From positions 18,538,001 to 18,602,000 of the forward strand of contig NC_135673.1 in the NCBI RefSeq assembly GCF_964188315.1: DNA of 64,000 nucleotides. The letters are read 5' to 3'. The position numbers were made by a program, and so were the translations under genes. Under the pieces are notes generated by a model, which worked only from the letters and a program-made list of their open reading frames with translations, had not been told where the DNA came from and did not search any database. Shown here piece after piece: positions 35,898-48,100 of this stretch (position 1 is the stretch's first letter; each line of letters begins with the position of its first letter). The stretch comes from Podarcis muralis (Eukaryota).

Positions 35898-36019
35898 TAT
35901 CCGAATGCCCCAAGTTACTATATCAGCCATATTCATTTGTAAGTCAAGGGGGGAGGGGTCCATGTTCCTCTTTGCTTGAGGTCAGACCAAAAAGGTACAA
36001 AACCACCCAGAACTCCTCC

Positions 36020-36372
36020 ACCCATAGGTTCATGCAGTGCGCAGCTGAATTATGGAACTGCCACCCATAGGCATCAGTGATGGCCACCAACTTAGATGGC
36101 TTAAAAATAGGATTGGTAACTCTCATGGAGGAGGAGAAGGCTGTTGATAGCTACTAGCCATGATGGCTGTGCTCTGCCTCCAGGGTTGGAGGCAGTCATG
36201 CTTCTGAAAACCAGTTGCTGGAAAATGGTAGGAAGGGAGAGTTGCTTTGTACTTAGATCCTGCCTGCAGATTTCCCAGAAGAGGCACCTGGTTGTTTGGC
36301 CACTGTGAGAACAAGATGCTGGACTAGGTGGGCTCCCTTTTGACCTGATCCAGCAGGCTCTTACGTTCTTAA
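36020..36372 (+). mobile_element. CR1 LINE 3' end
   Basis: End of ORF2 plus 3' UTR ending CCAGCAGGCTCTTACGTTCTTA. Confidence 0.75.
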
Positions 36373-37074
36373 ATTTAAGAAACTCATGGCAAATCCAGAT
36401 CTATGCAGCTCTAGTGGAGTCAGGAAGCTCAGAGCCCTTGGTTCCTTTCCTAGCGTGTGCTGGAATCACAGGAACTGCTTGGAAGGAGAGGCTCGTGAGT
36501 CATGAGATTGAGCTATCTTATCTGGGATAACTGATGAAAGACTCCCTGGCAGCACAGATTAGCTCTCCACAAGCGGCAAGTGCCTCCGCCTTGCCTGATT
36601 GAGAGCCTCTGCAACTTTCTAAGAAAGGATCTAAGAGAGTCTGGCTTCTAGATAAGGCCAACGGCCCACCTAGTCCAGCATCCTGTTCATACAGTGGCCA
36701 ACGAAGTTCTCTTTGAGGATGGGTCCACTGTAAACTTGGGTTGATGCTTGTTTGGGCTGGAGAAGTCAAACTGGGCGCACCAAAATGGTTGCTGCCTGTA
36801 CTACACAGTACTATACTTCACTGAACTGTTTAAATGCTCCTTTGATTGCCTTTAAACTCCCCACCACACTTGCCATCCTCTCCTGCCACACTAGTGTGGT
36901 GCATCACACCCTTTGGTTGTGCATACCACCCTTTGTACTAGTGGTATGCATCAGGAGCACTGCCACCAGCAAAAGGTTAAGAAGTGGGTCCCTAGATACA
37001 TGTTTGGATTCTGGGTCTAAAAAGGTTGAAGACTACTGTTTTAGGGGCACATCTCCCACTTTTGGGGACCAAAG

Positions 37075-37245
37075 GAAGCTGCCTTCTGCTGAGCCAGACC
37101 CCATCAGTGATCCACACAGCTCAGTTTTGTCTACGGGACTTAAGGCAGGGAGTCTCTTCCCAGCTTTACCTGCCGATGCCCCAGGCGAGTGAACCTGGGA
37201 CCTTCTGCATGCAAAGCAGATGCTCCACCGCCCAGCTACAGCCTT
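37075..37245 (-). mobile_element. tRNA-Ala SINE monomer
   Basis: GAACCTGGGACCTTCTGCATGCAAAGCAGATGCTCC head plus body. Confidence 0.75.
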
Positions 37246-38222
37246 TCCCCCAATTTTTGTTGCTCCTGGAGTGGCTGTAGGCAGTTTATGGAGAGCGGCA
37301 ACCCCTTTTGATGGGTGTCATAAAACACTTGCTAGACCTGAGGCAGGCGATATCTGTACTGGATTGCTGAGAAACCTATTTTCTCTTCTTGCAGAATATT
37401 CCTCCCAGTTCTCCCAGGCATGGGAGGAAAGAAGCCCTTATATTTTAATCTTTATAAACAGCCAAGAGTGCCAAACTTTCCTCGGGGCGGTGGGGGGCGG
37501 CACATCCTGGGACAGAGAGTGGAGAGAGAGGCACTTTTTCTGTTGACTTTTACAGCCAGCTTCAAACTTTGAGCCTCTGCATGGATCAATCATTAAGCAC
37601 TTTCCAGATACAGGGCTAGGTGGCAGGGCCATAAAACGGCACCTGGAGCAGCAGAAGGGCTCTATAATCTCCACCAGGTGATACCTGTAATCAGGAGGAC
37701 TTAGGGAATTTGCTGGGCAGAGCGCAGCTGTCAGCTACGGAGCTGGGCTGGCAGCTCACCTGGGAGGGTTCCCAGTTGTCAGAGCGGTAGAGGTGGAAAC
37801 TCTTAGTGCTTAATTAATGTGGAGGCGGGCGGGGCGGGGGGTCTAATTAAAAGGCAGTGACCTTTCTATTCCCAGACTTCCCCTTGAGTTGTTTTACCAT
37901 GGGGGGGGACGGACGGACAGGCAGAGCCAATATGATTCCAACAGATAAAGATTTTGGGGAGCAGCAGCTTCCATGGCAGAGAGTTAGCAGGATTGGGTGT
38001 GGGAATTTTTTTTCAGAGGGGCATTTAGTTTGCAGTCCTAGAACTTTCTTAGAAATCGATCCAAGTCATTGGTTCACACAAGCGCTGATCTCACTTAATG
38101 TGTGGTGCTTCTTCATTCAGGGCACAGTTAAACTGTGGAACTTGCTCCCACAGGAGGCAATGATGGCAACCAACCTAGATGGTGTTAAGAGGATCAGATG
38201 TATTCATGGAGGAGAGGGCTAT

Positions 38223-38423
38223 TACAGGTTACAGACTCTGTTAACCCAGAAATATTGCTTCAGGTTAAGAACTTTGCTTCAGGATGAGAACAGAAATTGT
38301 GCTCCGGTGGCGTGGCAGCAGCAGGAGGCCCCATAGGCTAAAGTGGTGCTTCAGGTTAAGAACAGTTTCAGGTTAAGTACGGACCTCCGGAACAAATTAA
38401 GTACTTAACCCGAGGTACCACTG
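38223..38423. mobile_element. Tc1/mariner-type MITE (one end truncated)
   Basis: Ends CGAGGTACCACTG-TA; same family as 23388-23601. Confidence 0.82.
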
Positions 38424-39224
38424 TATTTGGTTTGACTAGGCCTTTTTGTATAGCTTTTGCTACTCAACTTTCTGTGTTCCTTCCTGGTAAAAACAAACAA
38501 ACCTCAAGTTGAACGGACAGGCAGTTTTAAAAATGAATGAATTAGAATTAGTTTGAGGGAGGGAGGCTGTGGAGCTGGGATGCCTTATGGTCCATGGGAA
38601 ACTTCTTTCTTTGCAGACAGATTCCCCCCTTCTGAATTCACGCTTTCTCTTGTCCCGTGATGGGACCTTTTGATTTCTGTGTCAGATTGGCAGTGGGCTT
38701 ATCCATCGTAAGGTGGGAATAGGTACTCCCCCCGCTCTGAGAAAAGGACAGGATGAAATGGACTGTGAGGCTTTTTTTAAGGGGGGGAGAGTGTGTGCGA
38801 TGTGTGGGGGTGCGTGTGCGTGGCATCTGTCCCTGGGGTGGCAGATGGTGAGCTGGAGGCTGTGAAAGAAAAACGGTGAACCTCTTGAATTGATCGCGGG
38901 TTAAAGGTCAGCAAAACATCTGCCTGGGGTTGTGTTAGGAGACGGCATTTCTATACAGGGAGAGTGTAGGAGAGACAAAACCTGTTGCTGGTAGAAAGGC
39001 AGAAAAGCCCCGAAAAACAGTGGAAATATTGAAATAAGAGAACAAAAGATTGGGGGGCGGGGCGCGCGCACGTTTTGTCAAACAGGCTCCAGACTGCCAG
39101 AGGACTGTCGGCTCTGTTTCAGTTTTAATTCAGGAAAAGTATTGGGCTTCGCCATTATGAGTTTCCCTAGAGGTCAAGCAGGCAGTTGCCCAAAGGGGTA
39201 GCTATGTGCACAAAGCTGGAGTTG

Positions 39225-39630
39225 GGGAAATATTTCCTCCCTCTCCTAAACCTAGAACTCATGGGCATCCAACAAACCTGTATGTTGGAAGATTCAGGAC
39301 ATGTAAAAGAACGTCCTTCATAACATAGTGCATAGTTAAACTGTAGAACTCACTTGTGCATTTTGGATAGCTTTAAAAGAAGATTAGGCAAATTCATGGA
39401 GAGGATAATGCCACCGATAGCCCCTAGCCACAATGGCTATGCTCTGCCTCCAGAGTCAGAGGCAGTAATGTTTCTGAATACCAGCTGTTGGAAACCACAG
39501 GAGGGGAAGGGTGCTCTTGTGCTCAGGTGCTGCTTTTGGGTTTCCCTTTGGGGTCTTTGGTCAGCTACTGTGAGAACAGGATGCTGGGCTAGACGGACCA
39601 TTGGACGGATCCAACAGGTCTCTTCTTCGA
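39225..39630 (+). mobile_element. CR1 LINE 3' fragment
   Basis: ORF2 end (GGAAGATTCAGGAC...) and 3' UTR. Confidence 0.75.
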
Positions 39631-39855
39631 AATGAATTTTATAGGAGAATTTGTGAGAAATGCTGTTGCCTCTTAACTCAGACTGCACATTTTGGTGAAG
39701 TGCAACAGGCACCAGCTAAGATCTCCCTCGTTTCCAACAAACGCCACCTAAGAAAAGCAGAGAGCCAGTTCCAGGATGCACCCAGTTTGTTACAGCAGAA
39801 ATGTTTGAGAATCTTGTGGCATTTTGAAAGACGCAACACGTACCGGTATATTTGT

Positions 39856-40450
39856 AGAATCGTGGAATTGTAGAGTTGGAACCTCCTGTGATGCAGGAAT
39901 CTTAGCTAAAGCATCCATGACAGATGGCCGTCAAACCTCTGCTTGAAAACCTTCAATGAAGGAGAGTCCACCATGTTCTGTGGGAGTCCATTCCACAGCT
40001 AGTTCTTCCTGACATTTAGTTGTAATCTCCTTTCTTGTAACTTGAAGCCATTGAGAGTCCTACCCTCCAGAGCAGTAGAAAACAAGCTTGTTCCGTCTTC
40101 CATGGGACAGCCCTTTATATATTTGAAGACGGCTACCAGGTCTTCTCTAGACTCCTCTTTTCCAGGCTACACATACCCAGCTCCTTCAACCATTCCTCAT
40201 AAGACTTGGTTTCCAGATCCCTGATCATCTTGGTTACCCTCCTGTACATGTTCCAGCTTGTCAACATCTTCCTTAAATTGTGGTGCCCAGAATTCAGACA
40301 CAGGTGTGGTCTAACCATAGCAGAATAAAGCAGCGGGACTATTACTTCCCTTGGTCTATTCTTCAGTTGATGCAGCCTAGAATAGCATTAGCTTATTTTG
40401 CTGCTGCATCACACTGTTGAGCTTGTGGTCCACTAAGAACCCCTAGATCC
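39856..40450 (-). mobile_element. CR1 LINE ORF2 3' fragment with tail
   Basis: RRVTKMIRDLETKSYEEWLKELGMCSLEKR. Confidence 0.85.
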
Positions 40451-40543
40451 TTTTCATATGCACTGCTAGTAGAGTGCAGTTTCCTGGGCCAGAGCTCATG
40501 TCATCAAATGCATGAAGCACTGTCCACATAGGTACAAGTGTGT

Positions 40544-40589
<46 letters not shown>

Positions 40590-40597
40590 TGTCTGTC

Positions 40598-40869
40598 TTG
40601 TTTTCTCCTGCTCTGGAGGATAGAACCCAAACCAATGGCTAAAAGTTACAAGAAAGGAGATTCCAGCTAAACATCAGGAAGAACTTTATGACAATAAGTG
40701 GAACAGCTTCCTTCAGAAGGTGATGGATTATCTCTCTTTCTTTCTTTGGAGGTTTTTAAGCAGAGGTTGGATGGCCATCCGTCATAGATGCTTTAGTTCG
40801 GATTCCTGCATTGCAGGGGGTTGGACTAAATGACCCTTGGGGTCCCTTCCAACTGCAGTTCTGTGATTC
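40598..40869 (+). mobile_element. CR1 LINE 3' end
   Basis: Same family as 2086-2438; full tail GATTCCTGCATTGCAGGGGGTTGGACTA...CCCTTCCAAC. Confidence 0.82.
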
Positions 40870-41731
40870 CTTTCGATTGGGAGGACTATCAGGCAGATCA
40901 ATGAATGTGTGCACCTACACACATGCTTTTGACAAATTGCACTGCTGCGCTCAGAAAAATCAGAGCCTCCTTTGCCAATATGACCAAGGCAACTCTTCTT
41001 CCAGTGCCCAACACCACTGCCTACAGCCTGCTCTACAAACTGTGATGTGTTAGCAGAAATTATACACCGAGCTCACTGCACACAGAGCCAGTTTTCAAAA
41101 GAAAAGCCCAAAATTTGGTGAACAGATTAGATTAAGCACCTGCATTTATGGGTAGTTTTGTTGTGGTAGTTCCAAGATTGTGCTTTTAAAAGAAATACTT
41201 TGTTGGCAAAGCCCTACACGGGAAGCTGACGGGTGGGTGCTGTGGCATTCTTAGATTAAATGTCATGTCCTGATGTGATGGGAGGTAATGGAAGGGCCCC
41301 GGAGTCACAAAGAGCTTTGACAGGATGCGACAGTTTGCCTCCCTGCTCTGCATACCACCAGAAAGCTTTCTTCAGCCTCGTTTGGACTTCTGAGAATTGA
41401 AGCACCCTCTTCCCACACAGGTTTCCAAGCTTTTATTTGCAGGCATCGGGGCCACAGAGAGCTGTGCTTGTCTTTATAGACACACAACACACATGCACAC
41501 TCTAGGAATGGTGGGTCAATGCAACGGTTTAGTTTCCAACGGAAGATCTTCACCAGGGCAGATAGATATGCCATGAGCTTATCTGGTGCTTATCTGCAGC
41601 AGATCTTGAATCCACGGGAGGGTTAAGAGCCAACCTCTCCAGCAGATAAGCAAGAGCCTTTATCGCAGGGACACAGGTCGGGGGATGCTCAGTCAGACAA
41701 CCAAATGTAGTCAAGCACTATTACCCAGGAC

Positions 41732-42013
41732 CAGGGGTCAGCAACCTAAGGCCCATGGGCCAGAAGCGACCCGCAGAGGTCGTTTGACCGGCCTACGACC
41801 TGCCCCCGAACTGAGCTGCCGGCTCGCACGCTGCGCTAAACTGGCGCAGCACAGCACGGGGACTCACTTCTGTGGCACTGGAAATTGCGTCTGTGCATGC
41901 GCAGACACTGAAAATTGTGGGTGCACTCGCTCATGCGCACGCACGATCCAGCCCACAGAGGGATCTCTATGGGACCAATCTGGCCCAGGCAAAATAAACC
42001 TTCCTGACCCATG
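41732..42013. mobile_element. hAT (Charlie-like) MITE
   Basis: CAGGGGTCAGCAACCT ... CTGACCCATG termini; TSD not clean. Confidence 0.7.
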
Positions 42014-42253
42014 CTCTGACCTTTGAGGGTGTCTGAAAGCTTTCCTCGTCAACCCAGAGACCTAGCTACTGCCTTGCCTCCTCCTGTCTGTGGAGGGATT
42101 CACACACACACCCCGCCCAACCAATGCATTTTAATTTAAATGTCTATAAGGCACAAATTTCATTCAGTAGATCCAGGTGTTAATTGTTTTCGTTTTAAGC
42201 CAAACCACATTACATTCCAGTAGGGAATGAGGGAGGGGAATTTCCCCCAAGAA

Positions 42254-42392
42254 ACATAGAACTGTAGAGTTGGAAGAGACCACAAGGGTCATCTAGTCCA
42301 ACCCGCTGCAATGCAGCAGTCTTTTCCCCAGTGTAGGGCTCGATCCCATGACCCAGAGATTAAGAGTCTCATGCTCTACCATCTGAGCTATC
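42254..42392 (-). mobile_element. tRNA-Lys(CTT) head + CR1 tail SINE
   Basis: Minus strand reads TAGCTCAGATGGTAGAGCATGAGACTCTTAATCTCTGGGTCATGGGATCGAGCCCTACACTGGG followed by the CR1 3' tail. Confidence 0.85.
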
Positions 42393-42879
42393 GTCCTATT
42401 TCTTTCTTTGTTTAATGTATTTATATCTAACATTTCTCCCTATTTGGCATTCAAGGCAGCTTCCAACATTTTAGAAGTGTCATTGTAATAAATACAAAGC
42501 AATAAAAATAAACTAGGTAAGAACAATAATTAAAACACATAAATTAAAACAAATTTAAAATCAGCATTCAAATATGGTTTGACCTGATGACAGCCCAATA
42601 CAGAAAATGGGGAAGAAACAAGTGATTAAAAAAAAAGTGTGTGGATGGGAAAGTAGTTTATTAACCATCATAAATCAGAGAATATCATATCATAAAATTA
42701 AAGCTGCTGGATTGTAATTGTTGCTAGTCGTACTCGCAGTGTAGAGGGTGGCTTTGCAAGCGTTTACTGAATTTTTTATTATTGTTACTAATAGAGTCTT
42801 TGCCCCCTGGATCCCTAGTTTGGCTAAGCCCAAACTACATGGATTTTGCAAGGATTTGCAATGATGTCTATAGTATTAT

Positions 42880-43850
42880 TAATTTATTTTTATTATTATT
42901 TATTGAATTTATATACCACCCTATACTTGGAGGTCTCAGAGCAGTTCACAGAACAATATCAAAATATATAAAACCACAAAATATATAATAAAAATAAAAA
43001 CAACAACCCAATAACATCCCCACACACACACACCAAAAAAACCCCACATTTTAAAAGGGCATAGGATGTTAATCAAATCAACCAAAGGCCTGGTTTAAAA
43101 AGATCGTTTTTGCCTGGTACCTAAAGGTGTATAATGAAGGCGCCAGGTGAACTTCCCTGGGGGAGCTTTCCACAGATGGGGAGCCACTGCAGAGAAGTCC
43201 CGTTCTCGTGTTGCCATCCTTCATACCTCTCGGGGAGGAAGCACACAAACAAGGGCCTCAGAAGATGATCTCAGGGTCCAGGTAAGCTCATATGGAAAGA
43301 GGTGTCCTTGAGGTATTGCGGTCCTGAGCCGTTTAAGGCTTTATAGGTCAAAACCAGCACTTTGAATTGGGCCCGGAAACTAATTGTTAGCCAGTGCTGT
43401 CGGACCGGGATCGATGTAATATTATATGCTCAAACCGTCTTGCTCCGGTAAGCAACCTGGCTGGTGAATTCTGCACTAGCTGAAGTTTCCGAACCATCTT
43501 CAGAGGTAACCCTGCGTATAACACATTGCGTAATCTAACCCTGAGGTTACCAGCGCATACATAACAGTAGTTAGACTATCCCTGTGCAGATAGGGGTGTA
43601 GCTGGGCCACCAACCTAAGCTGATGGAAGGCACTCTGGGCCACTGAGGCCACCTGAGCCTTGAGCAACAGCAAAGGATCCAGGAGTATCCCTAAGCTACA
43701 AACCTGCTCCTTCTGGGGAAGTGTAACCCCATCAAGAGGAGGCGATTTCCCACCCATCTGGTCTAGGGAACCACCCACTAACAGTGCCTCAATCTCAATC
43801 TTGAGTTTCAGTCTGTTGGCTCTCATCCAGTCCATTACCGAGGCAAAGTA
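42880..43850 (-). mobile_element. L2 LINE ORF2 3' fragment
   Basis: VMDWMRANRLKL...LDGVTLPQKEQVCSLGILLDP...SAFHQLRLVAQLHPYL. Confidence 0.9.
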
Positions 43851-44159
43851 TGGTTTTTTCATTGTTATTTGTAAAGACATGAGAGCATTTCCTGCAAGTG
43901 GCTCACAAATATGAGGCAATTTTCCTTACTAGTAAAGTTCGTGGGAAATGTAGAAGAGCAAAATTACTCCCAGACGTGGCGCACAGCTTGATCTGTGAGC
44001 CCTGCTCGCTGGCATGGTGCTGCACAGACAACATCTGTGGAACCGAGTCGGTCCGGAGAGTGTCCGCAGTAAGATAGTATCGGCCAAAAAGTTGTTCAAG
44101 AAATTTGACAAGCTTTTGAGACTTCCAGAACTCTTCTTTAGCAGGCGGCCCGCATTTGT

Positions 44160-44670
44160 ATAAAAAAGAAGAGCCTGGCTGCTGGATCAGGCCAGTAGCC
44201 CATGTAGTCCAGCATCCTGTTCTCACAGGGGCCAACCAGATGCCCATTATGGGAAGCCCACAAGCAGGACCTGAGAACAAGAGCAACACTCTCCCCTCCT
44301 GCAGTTTGCTGCAACTGGTATTCAGAGGCGTACTGCCTCCAACAGTGGAGGAGAAACCTAAGAGGGTTCCTGTTGGCTCAGGCCCGTGGTCCACCTCGTC
44401 CAGCGTCCTCCTCTCATGGTGGACAACCAGATGCCAGAGAAATGTGCAAGCAGGGCCTGAGCACAAGAGCACTCACCCTCATGTTGTCTTCAGCAATTTC
44501 TATTCAAAAGCATTGTTGCCGCTGACCATGGGAGCACAGTATAACCCCCATGGCTAGTAGTTGTTGCTAGCCTTATTCTCCTCCATGAGTCTCTTTAAAT
44601 CCATCCAAGCTGGTGCCCTTCACTGCCTCCTGCAGGAGGGAGTTCCATAGTTCAGATGTGCGCTGCATGA
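44160..44670 (-). mobile_element. CR1 LINE 3' UTR fragments (two adjacent)
   Basis: AAGAAGAGCCTGGCTGCTGGATCAGGCC...GTCCAGCATCCTGTTCTCACAG. Confidence 0.75.
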
Positions 44671-45081
44671 ACTTATTCAAGCAGGAGCTCTGGGGAACTT
44701 GGGACCTTCAGCTGTTTATGTGACTTCTTTTGGTTGGCCCCAATGCAGACAGATACCCAGCTGTGGGCTGCTGAAATAAGGAAGTTTGCTACTTCCTTCT
44801 TCCCTTAAACAACTCACAAACCTCTCCCACTTCACACACTCTTTAATGCCAGCGCCATGCACTTGGGGTGATTTGCTTCTCCAATCTGAGCTTATGAGAA
44901 GGAAGAGAGGGAGCCACCGCAGGAAGTGCCAGAGGGTGCAGCCGCTGGTAGCCACACATGCAGCAGCAGCAGCCCTGCAGCCGCCATCCTCGGGATGCCT
45001 CCATTGCTGCCCTGTGCCTCCATCTCGCTGGCGCCTTTCCCCTGAGCAGCGCCAAAGCAGGCAGCTGAATTCCCTAACAGA

Positions 45082-45121
<40 letters not shown>

Positions 45122-48100
45122 CCCACCGCCCAGCCCCCTGCAGTTCCCCCTTCCCTGCAGCATTCGGTCCTCTGGAACAGCACATTGGCTGGCGAGCGGG
45201 AGAGCAGCTGCTCTGACCCTCTAATTAACATGCGCACCTGCTCCTGGCACCCTTTTGTCTGCCCAGCAGATGCCCTGCTTTCCTTTTTTCCTTCCCCCTC
45301 CCCTTCTTCCCCTCCTCCTTCTCTTTCTGTTATGCCCACTTTTCACTGGGCCTGGCTCATGCCATCTCATTAACTTGAAATGTCCTCGGATTCTCACAAA
45401 CACAAGGACCCCAAACAATGGGAGCTTGGGAGTTTGTGGAGCTGGAGGAGGAAGGGGTGGCTGCTGGCTGCCTCCTTCCTTTGCTCTCTCCATTTGCATG
45501 AAGGACATTTGGGGGTTTGGTTTCCTTGCTCCCTCTGGATCAGCTGGTTCTGCTGACCTACTTCCTGCCTTGGTCTCCCACTTGGTGTTTTTGCTGCCCC
45601 CCCGGGGTTTTTTTATTGATATCATCTGGACACATTTTGGCCTCCCAGGTCTTCAAAGTGTTGAATGTGGACCACCCAAAGCCGAGCAGTTTTGAAGCCC
45701 CATAATAGCAACAGTGCAAGGACACAGAGGGAGCTGCACTTGCGTCAAGTCAAACCATCGTTATTTCAGCCCAGTCCTTCCAACGCTGACCGGCAGCAGT
45801 ATCTCTCAGGGGTCTTTTCAGGCAGGGAGACTTTCCCAGCCCTCCCTGGAGATGCTGCAAGGGCTTGATCCTGTGGAGCCTTGAGCAATCTTAAGTTGCA
45901 AATGACCAGCATGGTTCTGGGTGGGTAGAGGAGGTTTTAGCGGGTGGGGGCATCTGTTGCCCTCCAGATGTTGCAGGACGATGGCTCCAAATCATCACTC
46001 CTGGCCATAAACCACACTGGCTGTGGGGCTAAATTGGCGGGTACCTGTTTTGCCTGAAATGCCTCCAGCCCCCCACGCGGTGATCTGTGGGTGGCAGCGG
46101 GGAAAGCTCTTGGCACTCACCCTGCAGCTGCCCTAGGAGAATGGGCTGTGCCTCAAAAGGCTGCCCTTCCATGTTGTGGCAGTTTTGCTACATCCCACCC
46201 CCCTGTGTAAAGTGCTGCTTATTCTCCATGAATGCAAGAGCAGGCTGGGGCTGAAGCCAGCTGCAGTCCTCTTTGTGCAGGATGGCAGAGTCGTGGCAAA
46301 GTTAGATGGCGGGTGCAGGGAGTTGAGAACGGTGAGGAGAAGGAGAGAGAGAGAGAGAGAGAGAGGAGGGAACTTTCCCTCCCTCTCTCTTTCCAGAATC
46401 CAGACACAGGGCGCTTCTTAATAATAATCGCCATCATTGTAATCAAAGGGATATTCCCAGGACAGCCCCTGTCAACACCTGGCTAGCACAAACCCACCTG
46501 TCTCCTGGCCCTTTGTTCGGGCATCTGTGGCACAGGATGGGCCTTCATTTGCCGCCTTTGAACTCTTTGGGTTGTTCATGTAACCAGCCTTGCGGAAAAA
46601 AAGGAAAAGAAAGAGGGGAATTATGGTACACAGGACACCTTTTCTCTGTTTTCTCCCTACCATACAGGCAGAGTTTCACTTGCAAAGGGCCAAGTTCAGC
46701 CTCTGAACCAGAATTGGCTTCTATGTTCTGAATCCGGTGGATTTATTTATTATCTTTTTATTGCATTTTTATCCCACCTTCTTCCCTTCAAGGGGCTCAA
46801 GCTGGTGTACGTGGGTCTCCTCCCCCCTATTTTATCCTCACAACAGTCCTGAGAGGCCTGACCCTCCCCTCCATCTTCTTAAGTTGTGGGGTGTTAGGCT
46901 AAAGCTGAGAGAGGAGCCCACAGTGTTCCTGCCATGTTGTCCATTGCTCTCTTGGGGCAAGAGAGCCGTCTATAACAGCCCTGTCGTGTAGTTCTGTTAT
47001 GCCAGCATTGCAGGTAGGAATGCTGTACTGAGAGTTGCTCAGTACAGCCCAGCAGTGTAGTCCACTTTTAAGTGTTCCAGGCCAGAGGCAGGAATATTAA
47101 ATTGCCCAGGGTGGCAAACAGATAAACCATTTAAAACCAAAGCAAAAGCATTCTAAAAACAACTTCAGTTAAAAAACATTCTTCCATGCTATTAGCATGA
47201 GGCTTCCTGGAGCAGCTGTCTTCCGCCTCCTAATGGCTGGGGTAAGCAGGAATGTTTTCAATTTCCTCCTCCTGAAAAGCTTATAATGATGGAGACAGCT
47301 GCACCCCACTAGGGCGGGCATTCTGCAGCTGGGGAGCCATCACTGAAAAGGCCCTGTCACAGGTCAGCACCAACAAGCCCTCACTAGACAATTGCAGGGT
47401 CCGAGGTGGTTGGTACTTGAGAAAAAGAGACTGGGTGCTCTTTTTAAAAAACATTCGGAACTTAAAATAAATCTTGTTTTTTGCACATGATGTAATGTCC
47501 ACGTTAGAGATGGGGGCTCTGGAGTGTTTCTCCATCCTCCCACCCACACCAGGGATAATGCTGCAATGGTTATATTGCAGGGCTGTTTTCGACTCTCCAG
47601 AATTCCACCCCACATCACCACTGCAGCCCTCTGCAGGAAAAGAAACTGCCATCTTTTTGCTAGGCTATCCTTAAAATACCTTCCTTTCCCCAAAGCACTG
47701 AAACTTGGGGCCGCAAGAAAGATTTGAGCTGCACAGGATTTTGCTGCTGAAAGACTTTCTCCTGGTTTAAAATAATGATTGTAGCTTTCTGGAATCTCAG
47801 AGCATCCTTTCCATGGAATACTCACATCTGCAAATCCGCCTCTTTCTCCGGCCCATATGTGTTTGTGTCACATGCTGCCTTGTTTTGTTTAGGGTCTCTC
47901 TCTTTTATTAACGAGCTGGCCCTTTTGGCTTCTGGTAACAGATGGCTCTGCCAGTGACCACTTGATGGATGGGTGTGTTTGCTGCTAGGATGTCTCTATT
48001 TTTTTGAAAGAGAGAAAATAAAAATGGAAGCGCTTTCCCACTGAGATAATCTGGCATATGTTGCATTGGGGGGGGGGGAGCCTTGTTTCCTGCCTTTTTA

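Noticed and set aside
36305-36311. GTGAGAA CSL cores at 36305, 39570 and 44220
   Set aside because: They are part of the CR1 3' UTR consensus and recur with the repeat, so they are not counted as locus-specific sites.
37671-37684. CTCF-like CCACCAGGTGATAC
   Set aside because: Mismatches the strongly constrained GGC positions; too weak without ChIP data.
43940-43975. Dimeric head-to-head CSL (SPS) site
   Set aside because: No TTCCCAC/TTCTCAC-like core 15-17 nt downstream here, nor at 15728, 24814, 33301, 37999 or 62244.
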